A stretch of 64,000 bases of DNA from Comamonadaceae bacterium UBA4962 (GCA_002397315.1 DHAE01000015.1:22869-86868); one strand, 5' to 3'; counted from the stretch's first letter, positions 47,767 to 61,107 are shown. Made by a program: numbers and translations. Notes: generated from the letters alone by a model not told the origin.

Positions 47767-48864
47767 TTACGCCAGATGCCCCCAATAGATGAGCGCGTCG
47801 CGCCCTTCCACCGACAGCGACACCGGTGCCCCCATCGGCAGCAGCACCTTGGTGGGCACGTGCCCGAACGGCAGGTTGGTGAGCACGGGCGCCTTGATGC
47901 GCGTGCGCAGCCAGTCCACCACCGATTGCAGCTTGAAGCCCTTGTCGTGCGGCGCGAGCTGGTAGCCGGTGAACTGGCCCATCACCACGGCCTTCTGCTG
48001 CGCGAGCACGCCCGCGTGCAGCAACTGGGTCAGCATGCGCTCGACGCGGTAGGGGTGCTCGCTCACGTCCTCGATGAACAGGACGCCGCTCTTCACCTGC
48101 GGCAGGTAGGGCGTGCCGACCAGCGCGCACAGCATGGCGAGGTTGCCGCCCCAGAGCGTGGCGTCGCGCAGGTAGACGTCGGGCACCGCGGGCTTGCCGT
48201 CGGCGGACGGTTTCTCGTTGTGCATGCGCCAGCCCGCGCCCTCGCCATGGCCGGTGAGGAGGTCGTCGAAGCAGGCCATCATGATGTCGTCGGGTTCGCC
48301 TTCGCAGCCCAGGTCGCCCACCAGCGCCGGGCCGGCCCAGGTGACGGCGCCCGTCTTGGCGAGCAGCGCGCACTGGAACGCCGTGAAGTCGCTCAGGCCC
48401 ACGAACTGCGTGCCCCGCTCGACCGCCTTGGCCACCGCCTTGTAGCGGATGCCCTCCAGGATGCGCGTCAGGCCATAGCCGCCGCGCGAGATGAGCGCCA
48501 CGTCCGCGCCGCTCGCCGCCGCCCGGTGGATGGCCGCGAGCCGCGTGGCGTCGTCGCCCGCGAAACGGGTGTGGGTGGCGAGCGCGTCGGCATCGACTTC
48601 CACCTCGTGGCCCAATGCCTTCAGGCGGGCGACGCCGCGCTTGAAGGCGGCCTTGTCGCGCACGGCGCCGGCCGGGGAGTAGATGTAGATGTGGCGCGGG
48701 CCGTGGTGGTGGCCGCAGGCGGAATGGTCGTGATCGTGATCGTTTTCGGACAAGGCATGTCGGGCCGTGGGGCCCGCTCCGGCTGGGACGGAAAAGAAAG
48801 TGGGGCTTGGGGCGGCGCATCCGGCCGGAACCGGCTCGGTGGGGTTCCCCCCCACTGCGGCCAA
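47767..48864 (-). CDS. ldcA: LD-carboxypeptidase (S66, LdcA/MccF family); start uncertain
   Basis: It has IYIYSPAGAV, ISRGGYGLTRIL, the nucleophile region FVGLSDFTA and the C-terminal FGHVP. The longest ORF starts at TTG 48864, and the in-frame TTG at 48753 would give a more typical length. Confidence 0.8.
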   Translation of the reverse strand: MAAVGGNPTEPVPAGCAAPSPTFFSVPAGAGPTARHALSENDHDHDHSACGHHHGPRHIYIYSPAGAVRDKAAFKRGVARLKALGHEVEVDADALATHTRFAGDDATRLAAIHRAAASGADVALISRGGYGLTRILEGIRYKAVAKAVERGTQFVGLSDFTAFQCALLAKTGAVTWAGPALVGDLGCEGEPDDIMMACFDDLLTGHGEGAGWRMHNEKPSADGKPAVPDVYLRDATLWGGNLAMLCALVGTPYLPQVKSGVLFIEDVSEHPYRVERMLTQLLHAGVLAQQKAVVMGQFTGYQLAPHDKGFKLQSVVDWLRTRIKAPVLTNLPFGHVPTKVLLPMGAPVSLSVEGRDALIYWGHLA

Positions 48865-48899
48865 GGGTCGTCAGGGTGGCGGCGTCTGGGGTGCGCCGC

Positions 48900-51843
<2,944 letters not shown>

Positions 51844-52026
51844 TGAAGGGTCTCCTGGGGGTCTCTGGTGGGCGAAAGGTGCTGCGCTCGGCAGTCACCG
51901 GCCCAATCGTAGCGCCTGTCGCACCATTTGTGGGCCAGGTCGGCGCCAAACCGGTGCATGCGCAGTCACACCGCCGGCCGCACAGTACCGTGGGGCCCAT
52001 TCCGGCGCGCCTGGGATAATCGCGCC

Positions 52027-54033
52027 ATGTCCCTCCTGCCCCACCAGCTCGAACTGCTCTCCCCCGCGCGCGACGCCGACATCGGCATCGAGGCGGTCAA
52101 CCACGGCGCCGATGCCGTCTACATCGGCGGACCCGCCTTCGGCGCGCGGGCCGGCGCGGGCAACGAATTGCGGGATCTGGAGCGGCTCGTGCGCCATGCG
52201 CACCGCTTCCACAGCCGCATCTTCGTCACGCTCAACACCATCCTGCGCGACGACGAACTGGAAGACGCCCGCCGCATGGCCTGGCAGGTGTACGAGGCCG
52301 GGGCCGACGCGCTCATCATCCAGGACATGGGCCTGCTGGAGCTGGATCTGCCGCCCATCCAGCTGCACGCGAGCACGCAGACCGACATCCGCACGCCCGA
52401 GAAGGCGCGCTTCCTGCAGGATGCGGGCCTGTCGCAGATCGTGCTGGCGCGCGAGCTGGACCTCGGGCAGATCGCCGCCGTGCGCGCCGCGACCGATCCG
52501 GCGCGCACCACCATCGAATTCTTCATCCACGGCGCGCTCTGCGTGGCCTACTCCGGCCAGTGCTACATCACGCACGCCCACACGGGCCGCAGCGCCAACC
52601 GGGGCGACTGCAACCAGGCCTGCCGCCTGCCCTACGAGGTACTGGACGCGGGCGGCCGCATCATCGCGCACGAGAAGCACGTGCTCTCGATGAAGGACAA
52701 CAACCAGAGCGACAATCTGCGCGCGCTGATCGGCGCGGGCGTGCGCAGCTTCAAGATCGAAGGCCGGTACAAGGACATGGGCTACGTGAAGAACATCACG
52801 GCCCACTACCGCAAGCTGCTCGACGAGATCATCGAGGAGCGGGAGTTCTCGGCCGAGCCGCTGGCACGCTCGTCCTCCGGACGCACCACCTTCACCTTCA
52901 CGCCCGACCCGGACCAGAACTTCAACCGCGAGTTCACCGACTACTTCGTCAACGGCCGCAAGGAGGACATCGGCGCATTCGACACGCCCAAGACGCCGGG
53001 CCGCCCGATCGGCTGGGTGACCCAGGTCGGCGAGAACTCCGTGGACCTGGAACTCTCCAGCCCCGAGACCGTGCTGCACAACGGCGACGGCCTGTGCTAC
53101 TACGACCTGCAGAAGGAGCTGGTGGGCCTGCAGATCAACCGCGCCGAGGCGGTGAACGCGAAGAAGGGCCTGTGGCGGGTGTTCCCCAAGGACCCGATCG
53201 CCGGGTTCAAGGACTTGCGCCGTGGACTGGAGATCAACCGCAACCGCGACATGGACTGGGTGCGCACGCTCGACAAGAAATCGAGCGATCGCCGCATCGG
53301 CCTGTGGGCGCAGCTGTCGGAAACCCCGGACGGCTTCGCGCTCACGCTGACCGACGAGGACGGCTTCACGGGCAGCGCCGCCATCGTGCAGCCGCACCAG
53401 CCGGCCACCGACGCGGCCCGCGCCGAACCCGCGTTGCGCGAGCAGTTGGGCCGCTTCGGCGCCACGGTGTTCGCGGTGCATGACATCGCCCTGTCGCTGT
53501 CGCAGCCGTGGTTCGTTCCGGCCTCCGCGCTCAACGCGCTGCGCCGCGATGCGGTGGAAGCGCTGGAAGCCGCGCGGGCGGCCGGCCTCGCGCGGCTGCC
53601 TCGCGCCGCGCCGGTCGAGCCGCCGGCGCCCTTCCCGGAAGACACGCTCACCTACCTCTCCAACGTCTTCAACCACAAGGCGCACGACTTCTACATGAAG
53701 CACGGCGTGAAGGTGATCGACGCGGCCTACGAGTCGAAGGAAGAGGAAGGCGAGGTCAGCCTGATGATCACCAAGCACTGCGTGCGCTTTTCCATGAGCC
53801 TGTGCCCCAAGCAGGCCAAGGGCGTGATCGGCGTGAAAGGCACCATCAAGGCCGAGCCGCTGCAGCTCGTCAACGGCAAGGAAAAGCTCACCCTGCGCTT
53901 CGACTGCAAGCCCTGCGAGATGCACGTGGTGGGCAGGATGAAGAAGTCGGTGCTGAACCAGCATGCGAAGGACATGCAGGCCGTGCCGATGCAGTTCTAC
54001 CGCACGCGACCGGCGCCGGGCGCGCCGCACTGA
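52027..54033 (+). CDS. yegQ: U32-family peptidase-like protein (YegQ/TrhP type, tRNA ho5U-associated family)
   Basis: 668 aa from ATG 52027 with LELLSPARDADIGIEAVNHGADAVYIGG and IEFFIHGALCVAYSGQCYIT. Its length matches the long YegQ type. Confidence 0.85.
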   Translation: MSLLPHQLELLSPARDADIGIEAVNHGADAVYIGGPAFGARAGAGNELRDLERLVRHAHRFHSRIFVTLNTILRDDELEDARRMAWQVYEAGADALIIQDMGLLELDLPPIQLHASTQTDIRTPEKARFLQDAGLSQIVLARELDLGQIAAVRAATDPARTTIEFFIHGALCVAYSGQCYITHAHTGRSANRGDCNQACRLPYEVLDAGGRIIAHEKHVLSMKDNNQSDNLRALIGAGVRSFKIEGRYKDMGYVKNITAHYRKLLDEIIEEREFSAEPLARSSSGRTTFTFTPDPDQNFNREFTDYFVNGRKEDIGAFDTPKTPGRPIGWVTQVGENSVDLELSSPETVLHNGDGLCYYDLQKELVGLQINRAEAVNAKKGLWRVFPKDPIAGFKDLRRGLEINRNRDMDWVRTLDKKSSDRRIGLWAQLSETPDGFALTLTDEDGFTGSAAIVQPHQPATDAARAEPALREQLGRFGATVFAVHDIALSLSQPWFVPASALNALRRDAVEALEAARAAGLARLPRAAPVEPPAPFPEDTLTYLSNVFNHKAHDFYMKHGVKVIDAAYESKEEEGEVSLMITKHCVRFSMSLCPKQAKGVIGVKGTIKAEPLQLVNGKEKLTLRFDCKPCEMHVVGRMKKSVLNQHAKDMQAVPMQFYRTRPAPGAPH

Positions 54034-54122
54034 TCCGCGGCAGCGGTGCCGGCCACCGTCGCGCCGTCGATCGTCGCGCCGTTCGGTACGGACTCCGGCG
54101 TTCAGTACCGGCCCGGTTCGGC

Positions 54123-54332
54123 CTACATGGCCCGATGGCGGCGCATCGTGGCCTGCATGCCAGCACGTGTGTTGTCGGCCTTGGCGTTCGCATCGGGCAG
54201 CAGACCCTGGGCGGCCTCGTGTTCGTGCGCGCTGGGCGCGACATTCGGCCCGTCCGGCAGGGCATCGGGCGCGCGGGCCAGATCCTTCTTGTCCGGGCTG
54301 GTGTGGAGTTCTGTCGACAGCAAGATGGGCAT
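54123..54332 (-). CDS. Small (69 aa) hydrophilic hypothetical protein
   Basis: The ATG at 54332 is preceded by the SD AGGAG with a 6-nt spacer. The sequence is MPILLSTELHTSPDKKDLARAPD... and no family is recognised. Confidence 0.35.
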   Translation of the reverse strand: MPILLSTELHTSPDKKDLARAPDALPDGPNVAPSAHEHEAAQGLLPDANAKADNTRAGMQATMRRHRAM

Positions 54333-54545
54333 GGTTCGCTCCTGTTGGCGGGCAGTGGCGCCCGTGCAAGACTGCCGGGGCAATGCCCGTTCCCGACTGC
54401 ATGCCCGCAGGGCGCATGGCCGCCCCGACCGGCTGGGCCGCAACGCGGCGGGGGCCGATGGCGTACGGAGGCACGCGCATTGCCACGCAAGGGATGCGGC
54501 GGCGTCCGCCGCACGACACACCCCTCACCATCCCAGGAGACCGCC

Positions 54546-54752
54546 ATGGAACCGCAGCAGAACGAGCCGCAACGCGACCAGCAACACGTGCAGGACGACA
54601 GCCAGCTGACGCCCACCGACCCGCGAAAGCCGCAGACCGAGCAGCAGCGCGATCAGGAGCAGCAGGAGCGCGAGCAGCACACGAGCGGCAGCCTGAACCC
54701 GCAGCGCGGCGAACCCGCGCGGGACGCACTGATTCCGCCGGGCCCGCGTTGA
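54546..54752 (+). CDS. Small (68 aa) Gln/Glu-rich hydrophilic hypothetical protein
   Basis: The ATG at 54546 is preceded by the SD AGGAGA with a 5-nt spacer. The sequence is MEPQQNEPQRDQQHVQDDSQ...EQQEREQHTSG, and its composition suggests intrinsic disorder. Confidence 0.35.
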   Translation: MEPQQNEPQRDQQHVQDDSQLTPTDPRKPQTEQQRDQEQQEREQHTSGSLNPQRGEPARDALIPPGPR

Positions 54753-54780
54753 GCAGGCACCGGCCCGGGCGTGCCGTGCG

Positions 54781-56763
54781 TCAATCCGCCTGCGACGGGC
54801 GCGCGGCCGGGTCGATCCAGCGCTCCAGCCATTCCACGATGCGCCGCACGGCGTCCTGGCGCACCGAGGGCGCGCCCCCGGCCGTGAACGTGTGCCCCTC
54901 GCCCGGATAGATCACGAGTTCGCACGGCGGATTGGCCCCGCGCTTGAGCGCGCAGAAGAGGGCTTCGCTCTGCCCCACCGGACAGCGCTCATCGTCCTCG
55001 CCCTGCAGGATGAGCGTCGGCGTGCGGGCCCGGGCCGCGCCCGGCAGCGTCGAATGCTCGAGGTACGCCTGCGGCACGCTCCACGGCGTGCCGCCGAAGT
55101 CGAACGGGTCGGCGTAGTAGCCGCTGTCGGACGTGCCGTAGTGGCTGCGCGCGTCCGCCACCGGCGCCATCACGACGGCCGCGCGGAATCGTTCCGTGTG
55201 CCCGATGGTCCAGGCGCTCAGGAAGCCGCCGTAAGATTTTCCGCCCACGGCAATTCTTGCATCGGCGAGGCCCTCGGCCTGCAGCGCATCGACGGCGGCC
55301 AGCACCTCGGGCAGGTCGCGCTCGCCCCAGTGGCCGCGCAACCGCTCCGCGAATGAACGCCCGTATCCGGAAGAGCCGGACGGATTGAGCGCCAGCACCG
55401 ACCAGCCGCGCGACCAGAGCACCGACCAGTAGGCCGTGGCCGGGTAGTCGAAGAGTGCGTAGGCCGCCGGCCCGCCATGCAGGTCCACGAGCAGCGGCAG
55501 CGAGCCCTGCGCACCGGCCGGCCGCAGCAGCCAGCCGTCGATCTCGTGCGTGCCGCCCTCGCCATCCGGTACGGTGAAGCGCCGCCGCTCCAGGGAGGCG
55601 CCACCGTGCGCGTCCCACCACGCCGCGTTGAACGACGTGGCCTTGCGCTCGCCGCTGCCGTCGTGCGCGCAGGCATGGATTTCCATCGGCTCCACCGGCG
55701 TGTGCGCGACGAAGGCCAGCCCCCGGCGGGTGTAGGCGAGCGACGCCATCTGCCGGTCGCCCTGCGCGAGGGTCTGCATCGCCCCATCGCCCAGCCCGAC
55801 GGACACGACGGCATGCACGCCGCGCCGCGCGACGATGGCGAGCACGCGATCCGCGTCGTCGCCCACGAACCGCACGCTCGCGGTCTCGGTGCCGATCTCG
55901 ATCGACGCGTCGCCCAGCGGCTGCACGGCGGCGATGCCCGGATCGCATTGCCAGAGCCGCACCATGGCATCGCCGTCGTCGCGCGTTCCCGAGAAGACGA
56001 TGGTGCGGCCGTCGGGAGACCACACCGGGGACAGCACCTGCGCCAGATCGTGCGTGAGCTGGCGCGCGCCGCTGCCGTCGGCCTGCACGGTCCAGAGATC
56101 GGTGCGGTGCGCGTCGTCGCCATCGCGCGTGCGTACCATCGCCAGCCGGCTGCCGTCGGGCGACCAGGCCGCGGCGCGCACGTTGAACGCTCCGTCGGTG
56201 AGCCGGGTGCAGTGCCCGTCGGCCATGCGCAGCACGAAGAGATGCGTTTCCCGGCCCAGCACATAGCCCAGGCCGTCCGCCTTGTACGGCAGCCGCCACA
56301 CCACGCGCGGGCCGCCCGTGCGCGGCGGCGGTGCGTCGGGGCCGGGCCGGCGGCCGCGCAGGTCGGGGTCCACCGCCACGGTGCACAGCACGGCGAAGGA
56401 AGTGCCGTCCGGCGACCATTCCGCGGACAGCACCGTGCCGTCCAGCGCGCCCACCTGCCGCGCCTCCCCGCCGTGGCGGGAGATCACGAACACCTGGCTC
56501 TGCCCGTTGCGCGAGGAGATGAACGCCACCTGACGGCCGTCCGGCGACCAGCGCGGGCTGTTGTCGGAGGTGCCCGCCGTGAGTGGCCAGGGTGCCGCCG
56601 CGCCGTCCAGGGGCACGCACCAGAGCGCGGTCTCCGCGCGGTCGGCCGTCGCGTTGACGCGCTGCACCGTGCAGACCAGCAGCTCTTCGGTGGGCGAGCC
56701 CTGCAGGTCCTGGATGGACTGGTGGCCGAGGATGTCTTCCGGATTCCAGGGTGCGGTGCTCAT
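54781..56763 (-). CDS. S9-family serine peptidase (acylaminoacyl-peptidase / prolyl-oligopeptidase type) with an N-terminal beta-propeller
   Basis: 660 aa from ATG 56763. It shows repeated SPRWSPDG / EWSPDG / AWSPDG / VWSPDG propeller blades and the nucleophile GGKSYGG. The C-terminus carries a candidate acid residue (GEDDERCP) and catalytic His (PGEGHTF). Confidence 0.85.
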   Translation of the reverse strand: MSTAPWNPEDILGHQSIQDLQGSPTEELLVCTVQRVNATADRAETALWCVPLDGAAAPWPLTAGTSDNSPRWSPDGRQVAFISSRNGQSQVFVISRHGGEARQVGALDGTVLSAEWSPDGTSFAVLCTVAVDPDLRGRRPGPDAPPPRTGGPRVVWRLPYKADGLGYVLGRETHLFVLRMADGHCTRLTDGAFNVRAAAWSPDGSRLAMVRTRDGDDAHRTDLWTVQADGSGARQLTHDLAQVLSPVWSPDGRTIVFSGTRDDGDAMVRLWQCDPGIAAVQPLGDASIEIGTETASVRFVGDDADRVLAIVARRGVHAVVSVGLGDGAMQTLAQGDRQMASLAYTRRGLAFVAHTPVEPMEIHACAHDGSGERKATSFNAAWWDAHGGASLERRRFTVPDGEGGTHEIDGWLLRPAGAQGSLPLLVDLHGGPAAYALFDYPATAYWSVLWSRGWSVLALNPSGSSGYGRSFAERLRGHWGERDLPEVLAAVDALQAEGLADARIAVGGKSYGGFLSAWTIGHTERFRAAVVMAPVADARSHYGTSDSGYYADPFDFGGTPWSVPQAYLEHSTLPGAARARTPTLILQGEDDERCPVGQSEALFCALKRGANPPCELVIYPGEGHTFTAGGAPSVRQDAVRRIVEWLERWIDPAARPSQAD

Positions 56764-56979
56764 GGGGTCGCCCCCTGCAGTGCCGGAGCGGCGCGGTGGA
56801 TCGGAGGGGATGAAAGGACGAAGACGGTGCAGCGCGGGCCGCGGGACAAAGAAGAAAGCGGTCGTACGGGGCTCATGGATCGATGGAGAGGAAAGAAAAC
56901 TCCGGCACGCCCAAGGCATGCGCTCGGCGAAGGGCCATCAGCAAACGGCGTTCCCGGCCTCCCAGCGGCGCCAGGCTGC

Positions 56980-56995
56980 GCGCAACCGGTTGCGC
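56980..56995. promoter_or_regulatory. 16-bp perfect palindrome GCGCAACCGGTTGCGC upstream of metY (candidate operator)
   Basis: It is exactly self-complementary, lies about 85 nt upstream of the metY ATG, and sits in a 317-nt divergent intergenic region. Confidence 0.25.
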
Positions 56996-57080
56996 ATAAG
57001 CACATAGCGAACGGTTCGTTCCACCGGCGGCCGCCGGACGACACAATGGCCCGCAACACCATTGCAGGAGACGATGCGCC

Positions 57081-58367
57081 ATGAAGATCGAAACCCTCGC
57101 CGTCCATGCCGGACAGACACCCGACCCCACGACGCGCGCCGTGGCCGTGCCGATCTACCAGACGGCGGCCTATGCCTTCGACAGCGCGCAGCACGGCGCG
57201 GACCTGTTCGATCTCAAGGTGCCGGGGAACATCTACACGCGCATCATGAACCCCACCACCGACGTGCTGGAAAAGCGCGTCGCGGCGCTCGAAGGCGGCA
57301 TCGCCGCGCTGGCGCTGGCCTCGGGCATGGCGGCGATCACCTACGCCATCCAGACCATCGCGGAGGCGGGCGACAACATCGTCTCGGCCGGCACGCTCTA
57401 CGGCGGCACCTACAACCTCTTCGCACACACGCTGCCGCGCCAGGGCATCACCACGCGCTTCGCCGATCCGCGCGACCCGGCCAGCTTCGCGCAGCACATC
57501 GATGGCCGTACCAAGGCGGTGTTCGTCGAATCCATCGGCAACCCGCTGGGCAACGTCACCGACATCGCCGCGCTGGCGCAGGTGGCGCACGACCACGGCG
57601 TGCCGCTGATCGTGGACAACACCGTGCCCAGCCCCTACCTGCTGCGGCCCATCGAGCACGGCGCGGACATCGTGGTGCACTCGCTCACCAAGTACCTGGG
57701 CGGCCATGGCAACAGCATCGGCGGCGCCATCGTCGACAGCGGCAAATTCCCCTGGAGCAAGCACCAGGAGCGCTTCGCCTGCCTCAACACGCCCGACCCC
57801 AGCTACCATGGCGTGGTCTACACCGAAGCGCTGGGCGAAGCGGCCTTCATCGGCCGTGCGCGCGTCGTGCCGCTGCGCAACACGGGCGCCACGCTGTCGC
57901 CGCACAACGCGTTCCTCATCCTGCAGGGCATCGAAACGCTCGCGTTGCGCATGGACCGCATCTGCGAGAACACGCTGGCGATCGCGCACTACCTGCAGCG
58001 GCATCCGAAGGTGGCGCAGGTGCGCTATGCGGCCCTGCCCGGCCATCCCGACCACGCGCTCACGCAGCGGCTGCTGGGCGGACGGGCATCGGGCATCCTC
58101 TCGTTCGAATTGCGCTCGGCCGACGGCGACGATCCCCGGGCGGCAGGCGCGCGCTTCCTCGATGCGCTGCAGCTTTTCACGCGGCTGGTGAACATCGGCG
58201 ACGCACGCTCGCTGGCCACGCACCCGGCCTCGACCACGCACCGGCAGCTCGGCCCGCAGGAGTTGCAGCAGGCGGGCGTGAGCGAAGGGATGGTGCGCCT
58301 GTCGGTGGGCATCGAGCACATCGACGACCTGACCGCCGACCTCGCCCAGGCGCTGGAGGCGGTCTAG
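57081..58367 (+). CDS. metY: O-acetylhomoserine aminocarboxypropyltransferase (sulfhydrylase)
   Basis: 428 aa with [11 protein letters not shown] and the PLP-lysine region [20 protein letters not shown], the canonical MetY/Cys-Met PLP family pattern. Confidence 0.92.
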   Translation: MKIETLAVHAGQTPDPTTRAVAVPIYQTAAYAFDSAQHGADLFDLKVPGNIYTRIMNPTTDVLEKRVAALEGGIAALALASGMAAITYAIQTIAEAGDNIVSAGTLYGGTYNLFAHTLPRQGITTRFADPRDPASFAQHIDGRTKAVFVESIGNPLGNVTDIAALAQVAHDHGVPLIVDNTVPSPYLLRPIEHGADIVVHSLTKYLGGHGNSIGGAIVDSGKFPWSKHQERFACLNTPDPSYHGVVYTEALGEAAFIGRARVVPLRNTGATLSPHNAFLILQGIETLALRMDRICENTLAIAHYLQRHPKVAQVRYAALPGHPDHALTQRLLGGRASGILSFELRSADGDDPRAAGARFLDALQLFTRLVNIGDARSLATHPASTTHRQLGPQELQQAGVSEGMVRLSVGIEHIDDLTADLAQALEAV

Positions 58368-58392
58368 CCCCACGCCACGGAGCGACCCGATG

Positions 58393-59799
58393 CTAGGCGT
58401 CACGTGCGAGCCGCAGGCCCGAGAACTGCCACCGCGCGGTGGCCGGGAAGAAGTTGCGGTAGGTGGCGCGCACGTGCCCGGGCGGCGTGGCGCACGAGCC
58501 GCCGCGCAGCACGTACTGGTTCACCATGAACTTGCCGTTGTATTCGCCCACGGCGCCGTCCGCCACCCGGAAGCCCGGATAGGCCGCATAGCTGGACTGC
58601 GTCCACTCCCAGACGTCGCCGAACATCTGCTCCAGCACCGGCGGGCGTGCGGGGTCCGCGGAGCGCGCCGCGCCCGGCGCCGGGCGCGGATGCAGTACGC
58701 CGCTGTCCGCGAAATGGCCGCAACCGTCCGCGGCCATGGCGGCCGCGGCGGCCTCCCATTCGGCCTCGGTGGGCAGCCGGGCACCGGCCCAGCGGGCGTA
58801 GGCATCGGCTTCATAGTAGGACACGTGCACCACGGGAGCGGCAGGGTCCAGCGGGCGCAGACCGGCGAGCGTGAACTCGTGCCAGCCGCCGTCGGTGCCG
58901 CAGCCGCCCGCGACCTCCGTGGGCAGGCACCGCCAGTACAGCGGACGCTCCAGGCCCTGGGCCCGGACCCAGTCCCAGCCCTCGGCCAGCCACAGCGCAG
59001 GATCGCGGTAGCCGCCCGCTTCCACGAAAGCGAGGTACTCGCCTGTGCTCACCGGCCGGGAGGCCAGTGCGTAGGGTTGCAGGTAGACCCGGTGGCGGGG
59101 CGATTCGTTGTCGAACGCGAAGCCCGCGCCGTCCGTCTCTGTGCAGTGGCCTATCTCGGTCACGCCGCCCTCGAAACGGCGCCAGCGCAGCGGCGCAGCC
59201 TCCGTGGCTCCGGGGCCGCGCACGGGCGCCACGGCTCCGACGGCACTCTGCAGGCGGTAGGCCGGCCACAAAGGGTTGCACGACAGCAGATGCTTCACGT
59301 CGGTGACGATCAGCTCCTGGTGCTGCTGCTCGTGCTGCAATCCGAGTTCGACCAGCGCCGCGAGCCCGGCGTGCTCCGCGTCCGGCCCCTCGTCCAGCGC
59401 GGACAGAAGGCGCTGCATGCGCGCATCGACGTCGCGGCGGTATTCCAGCACCTGTTCCATGGATGGGCGTGTAAGGAGGCCGCGCTGCGGCCGGGGATGC
59501 TTGGCGCCCACGCCGTTGTAGTACGAATTGAACAGCACGCGGAACGCGGGGTGGAACGGCGCGAAGTCCGGTTCCCGCGGCTCCAGCAAGAAGGTTTCGA
59601 AGAACCACGTGGTGTGCGCCAAGTGCCACTTCACGGGGCTTGCGTCGGGCATCGACTGGGCGCAGCAGTCCTCGTCGGACAGCGGCACGGCCAGCGCCAG
59701 CGACGCTGCGCGCACGTCGGCGTAGCGCGCCCGGAGCTCAGTGCGGGGCGGCGCCGTGTGCGCGGTCGCACCGCGCACCAGGGAAAGGGAAGAGGTCAT
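58393..59799 (-). CDS. egtB: Ergothioneine biosynthesis sulfoxide synthase EgtB (DinB-like plus FGE-sulfatase domains)
   Basis: 468 aa with SPVKWHLAHTTWFFETF (DinB-type His motif) and the C-terminal GDVWEWT...RGGSCATPPGHVRATYRNFF (FGE fold). Confidence 0.85.
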   Translation of the reverse strand: MTSSLSLVRGATAHTAPPRTELRARYADVRAASLALAVPLSDEDCCAQSMPDASPVKWHLAHTTWFFETFLLEPREPDFAPFHPAFRVLFNSYYNGVGAKHPRPQRGLLTRPSMEQVLEYRRDVDARMQRLLSALDEGPDAEHAGLAALVELGLQHEQQHQELIVTDVKHLLSCNPLWPAYRLQSAVGAVAPVRGPGATEAAPLRWRRFEGGVTEIGHCTETDGAGFAFDNESPRHRVYLQPYALASRPVSTGEYLAFVEAGGYRDPALWLAEGWDWVRAQGLERPLYWRCLPTEVAGGCGTDGGWHEFTLAGLRPLDPAAPVVHVSYYEADAYARWAGARLPTEAEWEAAAAAMAADGCGHFADSGVLHPRPAPGAARSADPARPPVLEQMFGDVWEWTQSSYAAYPGFRVADGAVGEYNGKFMVNQYVLRGGSCATPPGHVRATYRNFFPATARWQFSGLRLARDA

Positions 59800-59856
59800 G
59801 TCGAAAAGTCTCCTGGGGTGCGGTCGATGCCGCGACGCCCGTGCCGCAGCGGGATG

Positions 59857-60795
59857 TCAGGGCCGCGCATGCACCAGCGCGAACCAGCCGCGGTCGTCCG
59901 TCCATGCACGGGCGCGGGAGAATCCGGCGCGCGCCAGCATCGCCTGGAAGGCGGGCAGCGTGTACTTGTAGCTGTTCTCGGTGTGGATGCGCTCGCCGGG
60001 CGCGAAAACCCGCGAGCCGCCCGGCCAGCGCACGTGCGCGCCCTGCGGCGATTCCAGGTGCATCTCGATGCGCGAGAGCCGGCGGTCGAAGAAGGCGCGG
60101 TGCTGCCATTCCTGCGGCGCGAAGTCGCTGCCGATGAGCCGGTTGACGTGGGCGAGCGCATTGCGGTTGAACGCCGCCGTGACGCCCGCGGCGTCGTCGT
60201 ACGCGGCCTCTAGGACCGCCGTGTCCTTCGGCAGATCGAACCCCACGAGGATGCCGCCGTCCCGGTCCACCAGACCGCGCATGCGCGACAGCAGTGCCAG
60301 GGCCTGCGGCGGATCGAAGTTGCCGATCGAGGAGCCCGGGTAGAACACCAGCCGCCGCGCGCGGGGCACGTCCTGCGGCAGCGCCACGGCACGCGTGAGG
60401 TCGCCTGCCACCGCCTGGGCCTGCAGCCAGGGCAGCTCTTCCTGCAGCCGCGCCACGGCGCCACGCAGGAAGTCTTCGGAAATGTCCACGCCCACGAAGC
60501 GCTCCGGGCGCAGCAGCCGGCACAGTGCGCGCACTTTCTCGCAGTTGCCGGCACCCAGCTCGATCACCGTCTGCACCGTTCCCACGGCCTGCGCGATGTC
60601 CGCACCGTGCTGTTCCACCACCGCTTTTTCGGTGCGCGTGGGGTAGTACTCGGGCAGCCGCGTGATTTCCTCGAACAACTGCGAGCCGCGCTCGTCGTAG
60701 AAGTACTTGGGCGAGATGCAGGCCGGGTGCCTGAGCAGGCCCTCGACGATATCGGCATGGTCCGGGGCGGGCTGCTGGAGTGCGTGGGCGTTCAT
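59857..60795 (-). CDS. egtD: L-histidine N(alpha)-methyltransferase
   Basis: 312 aa from ATG 60795 with ISPKYFYDERGSQLFEEITRLPEYYPTRTE, ELGAGNCEK and FYPGSSIGNF, the canonical EgtD motifs. Confidence 0.85.
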   Translation of the reverse strand: MNAHALQQPAPDHADIVEGLLRHPACISPKYFYDERGSQLFEEITRLPEYYPTRTEKAVVEQHGADIAQAVGTVQTVIELGAGNCEKVRALCRLLRPERFVGVDISEDFLRGAVARLQEELPWLQAQAVAGDLTRAVALPQDVPRARRLVFYPGSSIGNFDPPQALALLSRMRGLVDRDGGILVGFDLPKDTAVLEAAYDDAAGVTAAFNRNALAHVNRLIGSDFAPQEWQHRAFFDRRLSRIEMHLESPQGAHVRWPGGSRVFAPGERIHTENSYKYTLPAFQAMLARAGFSRARAWTDDRGWFALVHARP

Positions 60796-61107
60796 CGAAT
60801 GGGTTCCTGAAGGGGGGATGACCAGGACGGCGGGCACACGAGGCCCGCGCCGCATGCATGGCAGCCGGTGCGCATGGGGCACCGAAGCACGGCGGCTGCG
60901 CCCAGCATTGCAGAGAGACCGGAACGGCTTTGTAGGACGCACCCGCTTCCGTGCCGTCGGGCGCCAATGCGCATTGCCCCCCGCCCCCCGACATCAGCGT
61001 GTGTGCCCAGGTGTTACGGCCCTAGAATGCATCGGCGTACAGCCCGGGCATCGCGCCGACTGCGCGGCCGCCGGTGCGGCGGCTCCGATACCCCGACCAC
61101 CTTCCCC

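Noticed and set aside
56764-57080. Possible SAM-type riboswitch or Met-box upstream of metY
   Set aside because: I could not find the conserved cores of the SAM riboswitch classes I know. Only a 16-bp palindrome is seen, and it is reported as a low-confidence operator candidate.
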